A stretch of DNA of 64,000 nucleotides, taken from NCBI GenBank assembly GCA_048634875.1, contig JAIVZN010000001.1, positions 3,858 through 67,857 of the forward strand, read 5' to 3'. Under the pieces are notes generated by a model that saw only the letters and a program-made list of their open reading frames with translations, was not told where the DNA came from and did no database searches. Source of the stretch: Deltaproteobacteria bacterium. Its GTDB lineage: Bacteria > CG03 > SLGR01 > JBDRKX01. The translations under genes and the position numbers were made by a program. Shown piece after piece: positions 29,595-42,160 of this stretch (position 1 is the first letter of the stretch; the number at the start of each line of letters is the position of its first letter).

Positions 29595-30784
29595 TATTCA
29601 ACTACTTCAGCTACAACACCCGCTCCAACCGTATGTCCGCCTTCCCTTATCGCAAACCTGAGTCCCTGCTCCATTGCCACTGCCTGTATTAACTCGCCCT
29701 CTATATCCACATTATCGCCGGGCATCACCATCTCCCTGCCTTCAGGTAACTTTAACACTCCTGTCACATCTGTCGTACGAAAATAAAATTGAGGCCTGTA
29801 TCCGCTGAAAAACGGAGTGTGTCGCCCGCCTTCTTCCTTGCTTAATATATATACCTTCCCCTTAAACTTCTTATGCGGTGTTATCGTCTTAGGCGCCGCT
29901 ATCACCTGACCCCTCTCTATCTGCGTCTTATCTACACCTCGAAGCAACACTCCTATGTTGTCGCCGGCCTGCGCCTCTTCCATCTCCTTGCGAAACATCT
30001 CTACTCCTGTTACCACGGTCTCCTTACTGTCCATTAATCCCACTATCTCTACCTTGTCCGATACCTTTACCTTACCCCTCTCTACCCTGCCTGTCGCTAC
30101 TGTACCGCGCCCTGTTATTGAAAATACATCTTCTACGCTCATCAAAAACGGCTTATCAACTTCCCTGTCAGGCTGGGGTATATTCGCATCCAGCGCTTCC
30201 ATTAATTCCCCTATTACTTTACCTTCATCGCTATCCGCCTCACTATTTAACGCCTTTAACGCAGAACCCTTTATTATTGGTATATCATCTCCGGGAAACT
30301 CATATTTGTTTAATAATTCCCTTATCTCTAACTCTACTAACTCCAACAACTCAGGATCATCTACCTGATCTACCTTATTCATAAATACTACCATTGCAGG
30401 CACGCCTACCTGCCTCGCTAACAATATATGTTCCTTTGTCTGAGGCATCGGACCATCTGCCGCCGACACCACCAGTATCGCGCCGTCCATCTGCGCCGCT
30501 CCTGTTATCATATTCTTTATATAATCCGCATGACCGGGACAGTCTATATGCGCATAATGCCTGTTCTCTGTCTCATATTCCACATGCGCTGTCGCTATCG
30601 TTAAACCCCTCTCCTTTTCCTCGGGCGCATTGTCTATCTCATCTACATTCTTGCAGGATGCCAGTCCTTTGGAACTTAAATATCTCAATATCGCTGCTGT
30701 TAATGTCGTCTTCCCGTGATCTACATGCCCTATTGTCCCTACATTAACATGAGGCTTTGTCCTCTGAAATTTTTCCTTTGCCAT
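29594..30784 (-). CDS. tuf: Elongation factor Tu (copy 1, str-operon copy)
   Basis: 396 aa GHVDHGKTT...; ~98% identical at nt level to second copy at 45306-46496. Confidence 0.97.
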   Translation of the reverse strand: MAKEKFQRTKPHVNVGTIGHVDHGKTTLTAAILRYLSSKGLASCKNVDEIDNAPEEKERGLTIATAHVEYETENRHYAHIDCPGHADYIKNMITGAAQMDGAILVVSAADGPMPQTKEHILLARQVGVPAMVVFMNKVDQVDDPELLELVELEIRELLNKYEFPGDDIPIIKGSALKALNSEADSDEGKVIGELMEALDANIPQPDREVDKPFLMSVEDVFSITGRGTVATGRVERGKVKVSDKVEIVGLMDSKETVVTGVEMFRKEMEEAQAGDNIGVLLRGVDKTQIERGQVIAAPKTITPHKKFKGKVYILSKEEGGRHTPFFSGYRPQFYFRTTDVTGVLKLPEGREMVMPGDNVDIEGELIQAVAMEQGLRFAIREGGHTVGAGVVAEVVE

Positions 30785-30798
30785 CTCTTCCTCCTTCT

Positions 30799-32853
30799 TT
30801 ATCCCAGCATCTTATCAGAAATTTGTTTTGGTAACTTCTGAAAATATAAAGGCTCCATAGAATATGTAGCCCTCCCCTGTGTTAATGACCGGAGCGCTGT
30901 TGCATAGCCAAACATCTCTGAAAGAGGTGCTTCACCTTTTATAATTTTATTTTCCTCTTCATTTATTAACTCTTTAACACTGCCCCTTCTGGAATTAATA
31001 TCTTCTAATACATCGCCTAAATATTCATTTTGAACCATAATTTCTATTTTCATTATAGGCTCAAGAAAAATAGATACCCCATTCTGTAGTGCCTTTTTAG
31101 TAACTTTAGATGCCGCTATCTTAAAAGCAAGTTTTGATGAATCAACCTCATGGAACGAACCATCTAAAAGGGTTGCTTTAATATCGGTTACTTCAAATCC
31201 TCTTAACACACCATTTGTTAAAGATTCCGAGACACCCTCTTCTATTGAAGGAATAAATTCCTTTGGTATTTTCCCTTCTCTTATCTTATTTTCAAATATT
31301 ATACCTTCTCCTAATTCAAGCGGCTTAAATTCCATTACTACATGACCGTATTGACCCCTGCCGCCTGTCTGTTTTATATGTCTTTCTTCTACTGAAACTT
31401 TTTTAGTAATTGTCTCTTTATATGTCACTACAGGCTCGGACACCCTGCAATTTATACTAAATTCATCCCGCAACCTCTCTACAATCACTTCCAAATGAAG
31501 TTCACCCATTCCCTTAATAATAATCTGTCCGCTTTCCTTGTCAACTTTCAATTTTAATGTCGGATCTTCTGAAATAAGCTTACTTAAAGCATCGCCGAGT
31601 CTTTCTTCTTCTGTCTTATTTGCAGCTTCTATTGCTACTGAAGCTACAGGTTCGGGAAAATGTATCGGCTCTAAAAGTATTGGATTCTTTTCATCACATA
31701 AATTATCTCCTGTAGAAGTTTTTTTAAGCCCTACAATTGCAGCAATTTCTCCTGCGGAAATTTTGTCTCTGTCAAGCCTTGAATTTGCATGCATTTCAAG
31801 TATCCTTGAAATACGCTCTCTCTTTTTTAAATTAAGATTATATATCATACCACCTTTTTTTAATGTACCAGAATACACCCTTATATAAACAAGCCTTCCT
31901 ACATATGGATCAGACATAATCTTAAAAACCAAGGCAGAAAAAGGAGAATCAGTATCTGCAATTCTATCTTCATCCATATTAGTTAGAGGATTAATTCCCT
32001 TAACAGGCGGAATATTCAAAGGGGAAGGCAGATAATCTACTATTGCATCCATCAATAATTGAATCCCTTTATTCTTCAGTGCTGCCCCGCAAAACACAGG
32101 TATAAATTTATAGGTTACTGTCGCCTCCCTTATAGCGTCTTTTAAAAGAGCCACAGGAATTTTTTCTTCTTCAATATATTTTTCCATTACCCTATCATCA
32201 ATTTCAGCAACTGCCTCAATTAATTTTCCCCTCATCTTTACAGCTTCTAGAAGCATTTCACCGGGTATCTCGGTAATTTCTATCTTCTCTCCAATCTTAT
32301 CTAAATGAATCTTGGCATTCATTTCAACTAAATCAATTATACCCTTAAAATCATCTTCATGCCCCAAAGGAAGCTGAACTGGACAGGCATGCGTGGCTTT
32401 TAATCTATCTCTTATTTCACCAACCACTTTCATGAAATCCGCACCCACCCTGTCCATTTTATTTACAAATGTTATTCTGGGAACTTTATACCTGTTAGCC
32501 TGCCGCCATACTGTTTCTGACTGCGGCTGTACTCCGCCGACACCACAAAAAACTACCACACAGCCATCTAATATCCGGAGCGACCTTTCAACTTCAACAG
32601 TGAAATCAACATGTCCTGGAGTATCAATAATATTCACTATACTGCCATTCCAGTTGCATGTAGTTGCAGCAGAAGTAATTGTAATACCTCTTTCCTGTTC
32701 CTGTTTCATCCAGTCCATTACTGCGGTACCGTCATGAACTTCACCCATTTTGTAAGTTTTCCCTGTATAATAAAGTATTCTCTCGGTAACAGTAGTCTTT
32801 CCTGCATCTATATGAGCAACAATGCCTATATTTCTAATTTTGTTTAAATCCAT
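30799..32853 (-). CDS. fusA: Elongation factor G (likely start [11 protein letters not shown]; ORF-track start 32934 adds 27 aa of leader)
   Basis: [10 protein letters not shown]-domain and domains II-V. Confidence 0.95.
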   Translation of the reverse strand: MDLNKIRNIGIVAHIDAGKTTVTERILYYTGKTYKMGEVHDGTAVMDWMKQEQERGITITSAATTCNWNGSIVNIIDTPGHVDFTVEVERSLRILDGCVVVFCGVGGVQPQSETVWRQANRYKVPRITFVNKMDRVGADFMKVVGEIRDRLKATHACPVQLPLGHEDDFKGIIDLVEMNAKIHLDKIGEKIEITEIPGEMLLEAVKMRGKLIEAVAEIDDRVMEKYIEEEKIPVALLKDAIREATVTYKFIPVFCGAALKNKGIQLLMDAIVDYLPSPLNIPPVKGINPLTNMDEDRIADTDSPFSALVFKIMSDPYVGRLVYIRVYSGTLKKGGMIYNLNLKKRERISRILEMHANSRLDRDKISAGEIAAIVGLKKTSTGDNLCDEKNPILLEPIHFPEPVASVAIEAANKTEEERLGDALSKLISEDPTLKLKVDKESGQIIIKGMGELHLEVIVERLRDEFSINCRVSEPVVTYKETITKKVSVEERHIKQTGGRGQYGHVVMEFKPLELGEGIIFENKIREGKIPKEFIPSIEEGVSESLTNGVLRGFEVTDIKATLLDGSFHEVDSSKLAFKIAASKVTKKALQNGVSIFLEPIMKIEIMVQNEYLGDVLEDINSRRGSVKELINEEENKIIKGEAPLSEMFGYATALRSLTQGRATYSMEPLYFQKLPKQISDKMLG

Positions 32854-32975
32854 AAAATTTTGTCGGTTTAGTGATTCTAAATCCTTCAATCTCCAATCTA
32901 AAATTTTTTCATTTTTACATTGAACATTGAACATTTTATTTTTCCACTTTCAACCTTCCACTTTCAACTTTTCAT

Positions 32976-33449
32976 TTACCATCTGTAATGTGCAAATGCC
33001 TTGTTTGCCTCAGCCATCTTATGAGTATCTTCACGCTTTTTAACAGCTGCGCCTTCTCTCCTTGCAGCTGAAATTATTTCTCCGGCTAATCTTTCATTCA
33101 TAGCCTTACCTTCTTTAGCGCGGGCAAATCCCACCAGCCACCTTATACCAAGCACAATGCTCCTCTTCCGCGATACTTCAACAGGAACCTGGTAAGTAGC
33201 GCCGCCAACTCTGCGCGATTTCACTTCTAAAACAGGTTTTACATTTGATAAAGCTTTATCTAAAGCCTGTTGAGGCGAACAATTTAATTTATCGCCTGCC
33301 AAATCTAATGCATCATAACATATTCTGTATGCAATGCTCTTTTTGCCTCCCCACATGATTTTATTAACTAACATTTCAATTACTTCACTGGAATATCTAA
33401 TATCAACTTTTTTCTTATCCTTTAGATGCCTTTTTATTTTTCTACTCAT
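32976..33449 (-). CDS. rpsG: 30S ribosomal protein S7
   Basis: 157 aa. Confidence 0.95.
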   Translation of the reverse strand: MSRKIKRHLKDKKKVDIRYSSEVIEMLVNKIMWGGKKSIAYRICYDALDLAGDKLNCSPQQALDKALSNVKPVLEVKSRRVGGATYQVPVEVSRKRSIVLGIRWLVGFARAKEGKAMNERLAGEIISAARREGAAVKKREDTHKMAEANKAFAHYRW

Positions 33450-33452
33450 TAT

Positions 33453-33824
33453 TTAACTTCCCGCTTTCTCTCCATATTTTGAACGCCCCTGTTTGCGTCC
33501 CGAAACACCTGTAGTATCCAATACTCCTCTTATTATATGATACCTGACACCAGGTAAATCTTTAACACGCCCCCCCCTGATCAGCACTATTGAATGTTCC
33601 TGTAAGTTATGTCCTTCCCCTGGAATGTATGCAGTAACATCTACTCCGCTTGTAAGCTTTACCCTTGCAACCTTTCTTAATGCAGAATTCGGCTTTTTAG
33701 GTGTAGTAGTATATACCCTGACACAAACCCCTCTCTTCTGCGGGCAACTGTTAAGCGCAGGCATCTTACACTTCTTTACATGTTTTTTTCTTCCATTTTT
33801 TATTAGCTGATTTATAGTTGGCAT
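33453..33824 (-). CDS. rpsL: 30S ribosomal protein S12
   Basis: 123 aa [14 protein letters not shown]. Confidence 0.96.
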   Translation of the reverse strand: MPTINQLIKNGRKKHVKKCKMPALNSCPQKRGVCVRVYTTTPKKPNSALRKVARVKLTSGVDVTAYIPGEGHNLQEHSIVLIRGGRVKDLPGVRYHIIRGVLDTTGVSGRKQGRSKYGEKAGS

Positions 33825-33847
33825 AATTTACCTTCCACTTTCCACTT

Positions 33848-36800
33848 TCAACTTTTCCTCTGTCCTTTCCTTGTAACAAACCCTGTTCCTACGGGAATTA
33901 ATTTTCCTATAATAACATTTTCTTTTAAACCTTTCAAATAATCAACCTGACCAGCTACAGCCGCTTCAGTTAAAATCCTGGTTGTTTCCTGAAAGGACGC
34001 TGCTGATATAAAACTTTCTCCAGCAAGTGATGCTTTCGCAATACCAAGCAGTTTAGAAGTATGACGAGCCGGCCGTTTACCTTTTTCTTCCATTTCTTTA
34101 TTAATTTTATCTACAACACGTTTCTTTACAATTTCTTTTTCAAGTAAGGTAGTATCTCCGCTATCAACAATCTGCACAAAAGAAAGCATCTGTCTTATTA
34201 TAATTTCAATATGTCTGTCATTAATTTTCACACCCTGGAGTCTATAAACTCCCTGAACTTCATTAACCAGATACTCCTGCACATCCTTCTCGCCCTTTAC
34301 CATCAGCATATCATGCGGATTTATCGGCCCGTCAGTAAGAGGCTCCCCTGCGTAAACCTTATCTCCTTCATAAACAACCAGATGTTTTCCAGGCGGCATT
34401 GTATATGTACGCGGCTCGGTTTTTTCACTTTCAATTGTAACTTTAAACGCACCTTTTTCCGTTATCCCAAGCCTCACAACACCATCTACCTCTGTTATTA
34501 TTGCGCAGTTTTTTGGTTTACGGGCTTCAAAGAGTTCCGTAACCCTCGGTAATCCGCCTGTAATATCCCTTGTTTTAATTACTTCCTGTGGAATCTTTGC
34601 CAATATATCTCCCACCTTAACTTCACTACCTTCATTAGCAACTAAATGCGTATCCACAGGTAACGGGTAATTGTTCTTTTCGCCACCGGGAGTATGTACC
34701 TCCATCTGAGGATGTAATTTTGGTGATTTATACGGAATTATTACTCTTTCCGTTCTGCCTGTTGCCTGATTAATCTCCTCTTTTACTGTAATTCCCTCTA
34801 TTATATCCTTTAATTTTAATTTTCCATCAACTTCATTAATTATCGGCATGGAAAATGGGTCCCATTCAGTAAGGACATCACCCCGCTTTACAGGCTGCCC
34901 TTTTTTCAATGGTCTCTTATAGAGCCTTGCTCCGTATCTTAAATCATACTCATCAATTATTTTTCCATTTTTTCTAATAACAAGCTTACCTTTCCTGGAA
35001 ACATTAATATACTCTCCCTTTGAATTTTTAATTGACTTTACTCCTACAAATTCAACATCTCCATTATAATGGGAAACAATAGCTGATCTTTGAGCAACCC
35101 TTGAAGCTGTACCACCAATGTGAAATGTTCTAAGAGTTAACTGAGTCCCAGGCTCGCCTATAGATTGAGCTGCTATTATTCCAACAGCAAGCCCCGGCCT
35201 GGCAAGTTTGCCTGTAGAGAGGTCAGTTCCATAACATTTACTGCATATACCATTCTTAGTTTCACAGGTCAGCGCAGAGCGGATTCTGATATTTGTAATC
35301 TCACTTTTTTCAATTCTTTCTGCGGCCTTACGGCTTATTAATTCATCTTCAGAAACTATCTTTTCATCAGTGACAGGATCAACAACACTTTGCAGGCTGA
35401 CTCTGCCTTCAATTCTTGATGCAAAGTCTTCTATTACCTCATTCCCCTCTTTCATAGCACCAACTCTTATGCCGTTTACGGTCGCACAATCTTCTTCTAC
35501 AACTACAACATTATGCGCAACATCAACAAGACGCCTTGTAAGATACCCGGCATCTGCTGTTTTTAAAGCAGTATCCGCTAAACCTTTACGGCCCCCGTGC
35601 GTAGAAATAAAATACTCTAATACAGTCAGGCCTTCCCTGAAGTTTGATTTTATCGGAGATTCTATTATTTCACCAGTTGCTCCGGTAACCTTCTTTTGAG
35701 GCCTCGACATCAGACCTCTCATTCCGCCAAGCTGCCTAACCTGATCAATGGAACCTCTTGCTCCGGAAGTTGCCATAAGCTGCACCGGATTAAATTTGCG
35801 AGCCTTACTATCATATATTTCCGCATCTTTTCCCTTGATCTCTTTTATCATTCTATCAGCAATCTGTTCAGTTACATGACTCCAGATATCAATAATGTTA
35901 TTATACCTTTCAACATTTGTAATTATTCCCTTACTATAATTTTTTTCTACTTCCTTAACTTTATTTTCTGCTTTTTTTATAAGTTCTTCCTTATTGGTAG
36001 GCACATGCATATCATCAATGGAAAGAGATATGCCGCTCAGCGTTGCATACTTGTATCCAAGCTTTTTTATTTTATCAAGCAACTGAATGGTTTTATATTT
36101 ACCTTTTCCCCAGAAACACTTTTCCACAATTTCATTCATCACTTTCTTTGTTATTTCTTTATTTACATATTCTAAATCTTCAGGTAAATAACTGTTAAAT
36201 ATAACCCTTCCGACAGAAGTATAGTCTTTCCACATATCAGGAGCATTAAAATCTTTTTTAGACCAGCTTTTATCTTCCTTTATTTTATTTATACCCTTTA
36301 CTTTTATGCGCGCATGCAGGTCAATTTCATCTGAATAAAAAGCGCTTTCAACTTCTTCTGACGATGAAAATATATTTCCTTCACCTTTTACCCCTCTTTT
36401 TATTTTTGATAAATAATTGCATCCCATAACAATATCCTGAGTAGGAGTCACTATTGATGCTCCATTAGACGGAGAAATAATATTGTTTGTGGCTAATACC
36501 ATTATCTTTGCTTCTATACAGCTTTCAGGAGATATTGGCACATGAACAGCCATCTGGTCACCGTCAAAGTCAGCATTAAATGCAGCAGTTACTAAAGGAT
36601 GAAGCTGTATGGCTTTTCCTTCTATCAAAACAGGTTCAAATGCCTGGATACCCAATCTATGAAGCGTGGGCGCCCTGTTTAATAAAACGGGATGCTCTGC
36701 AATAATATCTTCTAAGATATCAAAAATCTCAGGTCCCTTTGCCTCAAGCATGGGCCTTGCTGTTTTTAAGTTTGAAGCCAAACCTTTCTTCAGCAAATCT

Positions 36801-37969
36801 CTTAATATAAAAGGGCTGTATAATTCAAGAGCCATTTCCTTGGGCAAACCGCATTGATTTAACTTAAGGTGCGGCCCTACAACTATAACCGATCTACCTG
36901 AATAATCCACTCTCTTACCTAATAAGTTTCTTCTAAATCTCCCCTGTTTTCCTTTTATGGTATCCGAAAGAGACTTTAACGGACGATTCCCTGTTCCTGT
37001 TACTACCTTACCGCGCGCGCCATTTTGTATAAGAGCATCTACTGCCTCCTGCAGCAATCTCTTTTCATTGTGCAGCATCACAGTCGGCGCGCCCATTTCG
37101 GAAATCTGCTTCAGGCGGTTATTACGGTTTATAATTCTTCTATATAAATCATTTAAATCTGAAGAAGCAAATTTCCCGCCTTTCAGCGGAACAAGCGGCC
37201 TTAAATCGGGAGGGATTACAGGGACGCATGTCATTAACATATTTGTCGGAACATTACCTGACTTTATAAAATCCTCAATAACTTTTAATCTGCGTCTCCA
37301 GTGCCTTCTCTGTCCCTTCCCGCCCTTGTCGGATTCAAGATTCCTGCGAATATCTTTTGCAATTTTCTTTAAATCTACCGTTTTTAGAAGTTTATAAATA
37401 GCTTCTCCGCCAATCAGAGCCTCAAAATCAGTGCCATATTCCTCTGTAAGCACCTGATAATCCTCTATAGAAATTAAATCCCCTACCTTCAACCTTTTAT
37501 CGCCAAGCCTTATACTTTTATCTACAACTTTTGTTATTATATATGCTGCATAATAGACAATTCTCTCAACATCCGATCTTTTTAAATCTAAAATCATACC
37601 TATTCTTGAAGGCGGCTTGCGCATATACCAGATATGGGCAACAGAAACAGCTAATTCAATATGTCCCATTCTTTCACGGCGCACTTCCTTTTCCGTTACT
37701 TCAACACCGCATCTTTCACATACCACACCCCTGTGGCGGGGATATTTATAGCGACCGCAATTACATTCATAATCCTTTATAGGTCCAAAAATCCTTTCAC
37801 AAAACAAACCGTCTCTTTCAGCTCTGAATGTCCTGTAATTTATAGTTTCCGGTTTCTTAACTTCCCCATATGACCATTCCCTGATATCTTTAGGAGATGC
37901 AATCATTAATTTAATAGAATTAAAATTATCGTAATTTAATTTCTCAACTGCCTTTTCTTTTTTATTCAT
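33848..37969 (-). CDS. rpoC: DNA-directed RNA polymerase beta' subunit
   Basis: 1373 aa; NADFDGD catalytic motif, zinc-binding CxxC segments. Confidence 0.97.
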   Translation of the reverse strand: MNKKEKAVEKLNYDNFNSIKLMIASPKDIREWSYGEVKKPETINYRTFRAERDGLFCERIFGPIKDYECNCGRYKYPRHRGVVCERCGVEVTEKEVRRERMGHIELAVSVAHIWYMRKPPSRIGMILDLKRSDVERIVYYAAYIITKVVDKSIRLGDKRLKVGDLISIEDYQVLTEEYGTDFEALIGGEAIYKLLKTVDLKKIAKDIRRNLESDKGGKGQRRHWRRRLKVIEDFIKSGNVPTNMLMTCVPVIPPDLRPLVPLKGGKFASSDLNDLYRRIINRNNRLKQISEMGAPTVMLHNEKRLLQEAVDALIQNGARGKVVTGTGNRPLKSLSDTIKGKQGRFRRNLLGKRVDYSGRSVIVVGPHLKLNQCGLPKEMALELYSPFILRDLLKKGLASNLKTARPMLEAKGPEIFDILEDIIAEHPVLLNRAPTLHRLGIQAFEPVLIEGKAIQLHPLVTAAFNADFDGDQMAVHVPISPESCIEAKIMVLATNNIISPSNGASIVTPTQDIVMGCNYLSKIKRGVKGEGNIFSSSEEVESAFYSDEIDLHARIKVKGINKIKEDKSWSKKDFNAPDMWKDYTSVGRVIFNSYLPEDLEYVNKEITKKVMNEIVEKCFWGKGKYKTIQLLDKIKKLGYKYATLSGISLSIDDMHVPTNKEELIKKAENKVKEVEKNYSKGIITNVERYNNIIDIWSHVTEQIADRMIKEIKGKDAEIYDSKARKFNPVQLMATSGARGSIDQVRQLGGMRGLMSRPQKKVTGATGEIIESPIKSNFREGLTVLEYFISTHGGRKGLADTALKTADAGYLTRRLVDVAHNVVVVEEDCATVNGIRVGAMKEGNEVIEDFASRIEGRVSLQSVVDPVTDEKIVSEDELISRKAAERIEKSEITNIRIRSALTCETKNGICSKCYGTDLSTGKLARPGLAVGIIAAQSIGEPGTQLTLRTFHIGGTASRVAQRSAIVSHYNGDVEFVGVKSIKNSKGEYINVSRKGKLVIRKNGKIIDEYDLRYGARLYKRPLKKGQPVKRGDVLTEWDPFSMPIINEVDGKLKLKDIIEGITVKEEINQATGRTERVIIPYKSPKLHPQMEVHTPGGEKNNYPLPVDTHLVANEGSEVKVGDILAKIPQEVIKTRDITGGLPRVTELFEARKPKNCAIITEVDGVVRLGITEKGAFKVTIESEKTEPRTYTMPPGKHLVVYEGDKVYAGEPLTDGPINPHDMLMVKGEKDVQEYLVNEVQGVYRLQGVKINDRHIEIIIRQMLSFVQIVDSGDTTLLEKEIVKKRVVDKINKEMEEKGKRPARHTSKLLGIAKASLAGESFISAASFQETTRILTEAAVAGQVDYLKGLKENVIIGKLIPVGTGFVTRKGQRKS

Positions 37970-40900
37970 TTTCTTTCCTGTTTTCCAGCAGTACTTTCAT
38001 GCCTAATCCCTGCAGTTCCTTTACCAGTACCTTGAAGGACTCAGGAATACCCGGTTCCTGTATCTCCTCGCCTTTTATTATTGCTTCATGCACTGCAGTT
38101 CTTGCTTTGACATCGTCACTTTTATAAGTTAACAGTTCCTGTAATAAATAAGCTGAGCCATATCCTTCCATTGCCCAGACTTCCATTTCTCCAAATCTCT
38201 GCCCGCCAAACATAGCTTTTCCGCCTAAAGGCTGGCGGGTTATTAATGAATAAGGCCCTGTAGCACGAGCGTGCATTTTATCTTCAGCCATATGTTCTAA
38301 CTTCATTACGTACATGTAACCAATAGTTACATTATCCCAGAGAGCTTCTCCTGTTCTTCCGTCGTAAAGTTTAGTTCTGCCAGTTGCAGGAAGTTTATTC
38401 TTTTTTAACATCTGCTTCACATCTTCCTCAGTTGCTCCATCAAATACCGGTGTAACTACCTGAATATTTTCCTGTTTTGCAGCCCAGCCGATATGCGCTT
38501 CAAGAATCTGTCCGACATTCATCCTTGAAGGCACACCTAATGGATTTAAAATTACATCAATTGGAATACCGTCTTCTGTGTACGGCATATCTTCTTCAGG
38601 GAGAATTCTTGAAATAACACCTTTATTTCCGTGCCTGCCTGCAACTTTATCACCGACAGAAATTTTTCTCATGCATGCAATATAAACTTTCACCTTCTTT
38701 GAAACCATAACAGGAAACTCATCACCTCTATCAATAGTAGAAATTTCCTTCTTTTTATCTTTTTCCAATTTCATTATAAGAGACTGAGTCAATGCACCAT
38801 TTCGTTCCTTACGGGTTTCATATTCTTTCTTTGAAAGTTTTTTCTCCTTTACCTGATGGTACATCTTCTGGGTCATTGAGTTTCTTTCTCTTCTCAGTTC
38901 TTCTATTTGTTTATTATATTTATCTTCTATTTGCTGGATTAATTTCTGTCTCTTCTTTTTTGTCAGGCTGCCTTTCCGCTGGAATATTTCAACTCTTATT
39001 ACCTTTCCTTCCACACCGGGACGAACCCTGAGCGAAGTATCTTTTGTCTCCTCAGCCTTTTTACCAAATATTGTCTTTAAAAGTCTTACTTCTGGAGTGT
39101 ATCTCGTTTTGCCTTTTGGTGTAATTTTCCCTACAAGAATATCATTTGCCCGCACATGTGACCCGACCCTGACTATCCCATTTTCATCCAAGTTCCCTAA
39201 TTTATGCTGGCTGACATTCGGGATATCACGGGTAATTTCTTCACTGCCCATTTTCAAATCCCTTGCTTCTACTTCTTCCTCACGAATATGTATAGATGTG
39301 AACATATCCTCTTTAACAAGTTTCTCTGATATTAAAACAGCATCTTCAAAATTGTATCCTTCCCATGACATAAAAGCAACTAATAGATTCCTGCCTAATG
39401 CAAGCTGTCCTTTTGCAGTAGCAGGTCCATCTGCAAGAATATCACCTTTTTTTACTTTAGCGCCTTTTGAAACAACCGGTATCTGGTTACAATTTGTATC
39501 CTGGTTACTCCTTACATATTTTTTTAATTCATATATATCTAAAGCTTCAGGAGAAATTGTCTTTTCATGGTTCTTATGCCACACTACAATGCGGCCGCCA
39601 TCTACATAAATTACTTCCCCTGCCCTCCTTGCAGTTACTAATGCGCCTGAATTTTCAGCAACAATACTCTCCATGCCAGTAGCTACTATAGGTGGTTCAG
39701 TTATCATTAATGGGAGTGCCTGCCTCATCATATTTGAACCCATAAGAGCGCGGTTAGCATCATCGTGTTCAAGAAATGGTACCAACCCTGCAGAAGCTCC
39801 TACCATCTGTCTGGATGAAATATCAACATAATTAATATCCTTTTTCTTAACCAGCGGGAAAGTGCCCCTCTGTCTTGTAATTATTAAACCATCCTGTAAA
39901 TTACCATTCTTATCTACGCTATTGGCAGGTGCTACTATATTTTCATCTTCAATATCAGCAGTAAGATATTCTATTTTATTTGTAACCTTACCTGCCTCAA
40001 CTTTTCTATATGGAGTTTCTATTAACCCATATTTATTTATTCTTGCATAAATGGCAAGAGAAGTCCTGAGTCCTATATTTGCGCCTTCCGGTGTTTCTAT
40101 TGGACATATCCTGCCGTAATGGGTATGATGAACATCTCTGACCTCAAATCCCGCCCTCTTACGACTTAAACCTCCCGGCCCGAGCGCAGAAGTCCTTCGT
40201 TTATGGGTAAGTTCTGCCAGCGGATTTGTCTGAGCCATAAACTGCGATAATTCACCTGTGCCAAAAAACTTATTAATTGCCGCAGAAATTGGCACAGGAT
40301 TTATAAGTGACGACGGTGTAGCATCTTCCACGGAGAGTAAATTCATCTTACTCTTTACTAAACGGGTAAGATGACTAATACCACGTCTCAACTGATTTTC
40401 AAGCTGTTCTCCTACTGTCCTCACCCTGCGGTTTCCAAGATGATCAATATCATCTACCTCTCCGCCAATACCATTATTTAACATAATTATATATTTCATT
40501 GTGCATATTATATCTGCGGGCACAAGATTTCTCTTATTCTTATCAGATAACGGAATATTATCTTTTTTATATATCTCATTCAATTTTTTGTTTATTTTAA
40601 ATCTTCCAACTTTTGTAAGATCATATTTTTTTATTCCTTTAAAAAATAAAGTATCAAAATATTCCTCGGCCGCTTCAGGAGTTATATACTGCTGTGACCG
40701 TAGAATTTTAAAAATTTCAAAAATTGCATCCATTTTAGAAGTAATACTGTCTTTATTTAATGTAAGATGTATAGTCTGGTCATTAACAGTCTTTCCAGTC
40801 TGCCACTGGTTAAAATCAGCAAGCTCTACTTTTCTCACGCCATATTTTCTCCACTTGGTCAATATGGCTTTATTTATTACCTGGTTCGGTCTTCCAAGGA

Positions 40901-41684
40901 ATTCATTCTCAGCCTCTTTACTTCCTGCTGCATCCGGCTCTGTTACAATAATTTTCCCAATTAACTGGTCGCTTCTTTTTCCCCTGATATCAACTATCTT
41001 TGTTTTATAAAACAATCTCAAAATATCTTCATCTTTTTCCCAGCCCATAGCCTTAAGTATAACAGTTGCAGGAACTTTACGCTTGCGGTTAATCCGCATA
41101 AATAATTCATTTTGATTGTTATATTCAAATTCTATCCAGGAACCGCGATACGGCACTATTCTTCCTACATAAAGAGATTTTCCAAGATTAGAAATACCTT
41201 TCTTTTCATCTTCTTCAAAATTAACACCAGGGGATCTATGTAATTGATTTACTACAACCCTTTCCACGCCATTTATTATAAAGGTTCCTGTTTCAGTCAT
41301 CATAGGCAAATCAAACAGGTATATCTCTTCTTCCCTGATTTCCGGTTTTGCTCTACCTTCTAATTTAACCTCCAGAGAAAATTTAACTTTTAAAGGAGAA
41401 GCATAAGTTATATCTCTTTTAACTGATTCATTAAGGTCGTAAGTTGACTCTTCCACCTTATAACTTACAAAATTTAACTTCATACTTCCGTCTATGTTTT
41501 CCACAGGGAAAATATCCTCAAACAATCCATGAAGACCCTGTGATTTCATTTCTCCGCCTTTAGCATCTTTCTGTAAAAATTCATCATATGATTTCTGCTG
41601 AACCTGAATCAAATCAGGAAGTTCAAGCAATGACCGCCTTGAGGAAAAATCTCTCTGTTTATCTGGAATATCAAAATGTAACAT
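37962..41684 (-). CDS. rpoB: DNA-directed RNA polymerase beta subunit
   Basis: 1240 aa; conserved beta regions incl. GEMEVWAMEGYG. Confidence 0.97.
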   Translation of the reverse strand: MLHFDIPDKQRDFSSRRSLLELPDLIQVQQKSYDEFLQKDAKGGEMKSQGLHGLFEDIFPVENIDGSMKLNFVSYKVEESTYDLNESVKRDITYASPLKVKFSLEVKLEGRAKPEIREEEIYLFDLPMMTETGTFIINGVERVVVNQLHRSPGVNFEEDEKKGISNLGKSLYVGRIVPYRGSWIEFEYNNQNELFMRINRKRKVPATVILKAMGWEKDEDILRLFYKTKIVDIRGKRSDQLIGKIIVTEPDAAGSKEAENEFLGRPNQVINKAILTKWRKYGVRKVELADFNQWQTGKTVNDQTIHLTLNKDSITSKMDAIFEIFKILRSQQYITPEAAEEYFDTLFFKGIKKYDLTKVGRFKINKKLNEIYKKDNIPLSDKNKRNLVPADIICTMKYIIMLNNGIGGEVDDIDHLGNRRVRTVGEQLENQLRRGISHLTRLVKSKMNLLSVEDATPSSLINPVPISAAINKFFGTGELSQFMAQTNPLAELTHKRRTSALGPGGLSRKRAGFEVRDVHHTHYGRICPIETPEGANIGLRTSLAIYARINKYGLIETPYRKVEAGKVTNKIEYLTADIEDENIVAPANSVDKNGNLQDGLIITRQRGTFPLVKKKDINYVDISSRQMVGASAGLVPFLEHDDANRALMGSNMMRQALPLMITEPPIVATGMESIVAENSGALVTARRAGEVIYVDGGRIVVWHKNHEKTISPEALDIYELKKYVRSNQDTNCNQIPVVSKGAKVKKGDILADGPATAKGQLALGRNLLVAFMSWEGYNFEDAVLISEKLVKEDMFTSIHIREEEVEARDLKMGSEEITRDIPNVSQHKLGNLDENGIVRVGSHVRANDILVGKITPKGKTRYTPEVRLLKTIFGKKAEETKDTSLRVRPGVEGKVIRVEIFQRKGSLTKKKRQKLIQQIEDKYNKQIEELRRERNSMTQKMYHQVKEKKLSKKEYETRKERNGALTQSLIMKLEKDKKKEISTIDRGDEFPVMVSKKVKVYIACMRKISVGDKVAGRHGNKGVISRILPEEDMPYTEDGIPIDVILNPLGVPSRMNVGQILEAHIGWAAKQENIQVVTPVFDGATEEDVKQMLKKNKLPATGRTKLYDGRTGEALWDNVTIGYMYVMKLEHMAEDKMHARATGPYSLITRQPLGGKAMFGGQRFGEMEVWAMEGYGSAYLLQELLTYKSDDVKARTAVHEAIIKGEEIQEPGIPESFKVLVKELQGLGMKVLLENRKENE

Positions 41685-42082
41685 TACTTAAGTTCCACTG
41701 TAGCTCCCTGTTCTTCAAGTTGTTCCTTTAATTTCTGGGCTGTTTCCTTATCCACGCCTTCTTTGACTGCTTTAGGAGCTCCATCTACAAGGGCTTTAGC
41801 TTCTTTCAAACCTAAAGCAGTTATCTCGCGAACTACTTTAATAACCTGAATTTTTTTATTGCCGGCAGCCATAAGCATAACATCAAATTCAGATTTCTCT
41901 TCTTCAGCAGCGACTGCAGCAACCGCGCCACCTGCTGCAACCATACCCGCAGGAGCAGCAGCTGAAACTCCAAATCTTTCTTCCATAGATGATACAAGTT
42001 CTGAAAGTTCCAATACTGTTAATTTCTCAATTTCCTCTAAAATCTTATCAGTACTACTTTTTTTTTCTGTTGTTGTTGTCAT
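41684..42082 (-). CDS. rplL: 50S ribosomal protein L7/L12
   Basis: 132 aa; Ala-rich hinge and CTD; SD GGAGG 8 nt upstream. Confidence 0.95.
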   Translation of the reverse strand: MTTTTEKKSSTDKILEEIEKLTVLELSELVSSMEERFGVSAAAPAGMVAAGGAVAAVAAEEEKSEFDVMLMAAGNKKIQVIKVVREITALGLKEAKALVDGAPKAVKEGVDKETAQKLKEQLEEQGATVELK

Positions 42083-42095
42083 TTTATTCCTCCTT

Positions 42096-42160
42096 GTTCC
42101 GTGAAGCGTAAAGCGTAAATCGTGAAGTCTTTTTCATCTTTACGCTTTACCCTTCACGCT
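42096..42160. repeat. Repeat family C hairpin (GTAAAGCGTAAA/TTTACGCTTTAC arms) spanning rplJ stop to rplL SD
   Basis: cgtgaagcgtaaagcgtaaatcgtgaagtctttttcatctttacgctttacccttcacgc; related copies at 46515, 46661, 56914, 15990. Confidence 0.8.

Noticed and set aside
30799-32934. fusA start at 32934 ([10 protein letters not shown]...)
   Set aside because: EF-G N-terminus aligns from [21 protein letters not shown] (32853). The upstream 81 nt contain the GTTGAAAGTGG/GGAGATTGAAGG leader motifs
35696-36175. Plus-strand ORFs inside rpoC/rpoB and other minus-strand genes (e.g. 35696-36175, 39097-39609, 40501-41010, 25782-26348, 21156-21689)
   Set aside because: Antisense to strongly conserved genes, low-complexity Ser/Leu/Phe-rich translations typical of AT-rich antisense frames
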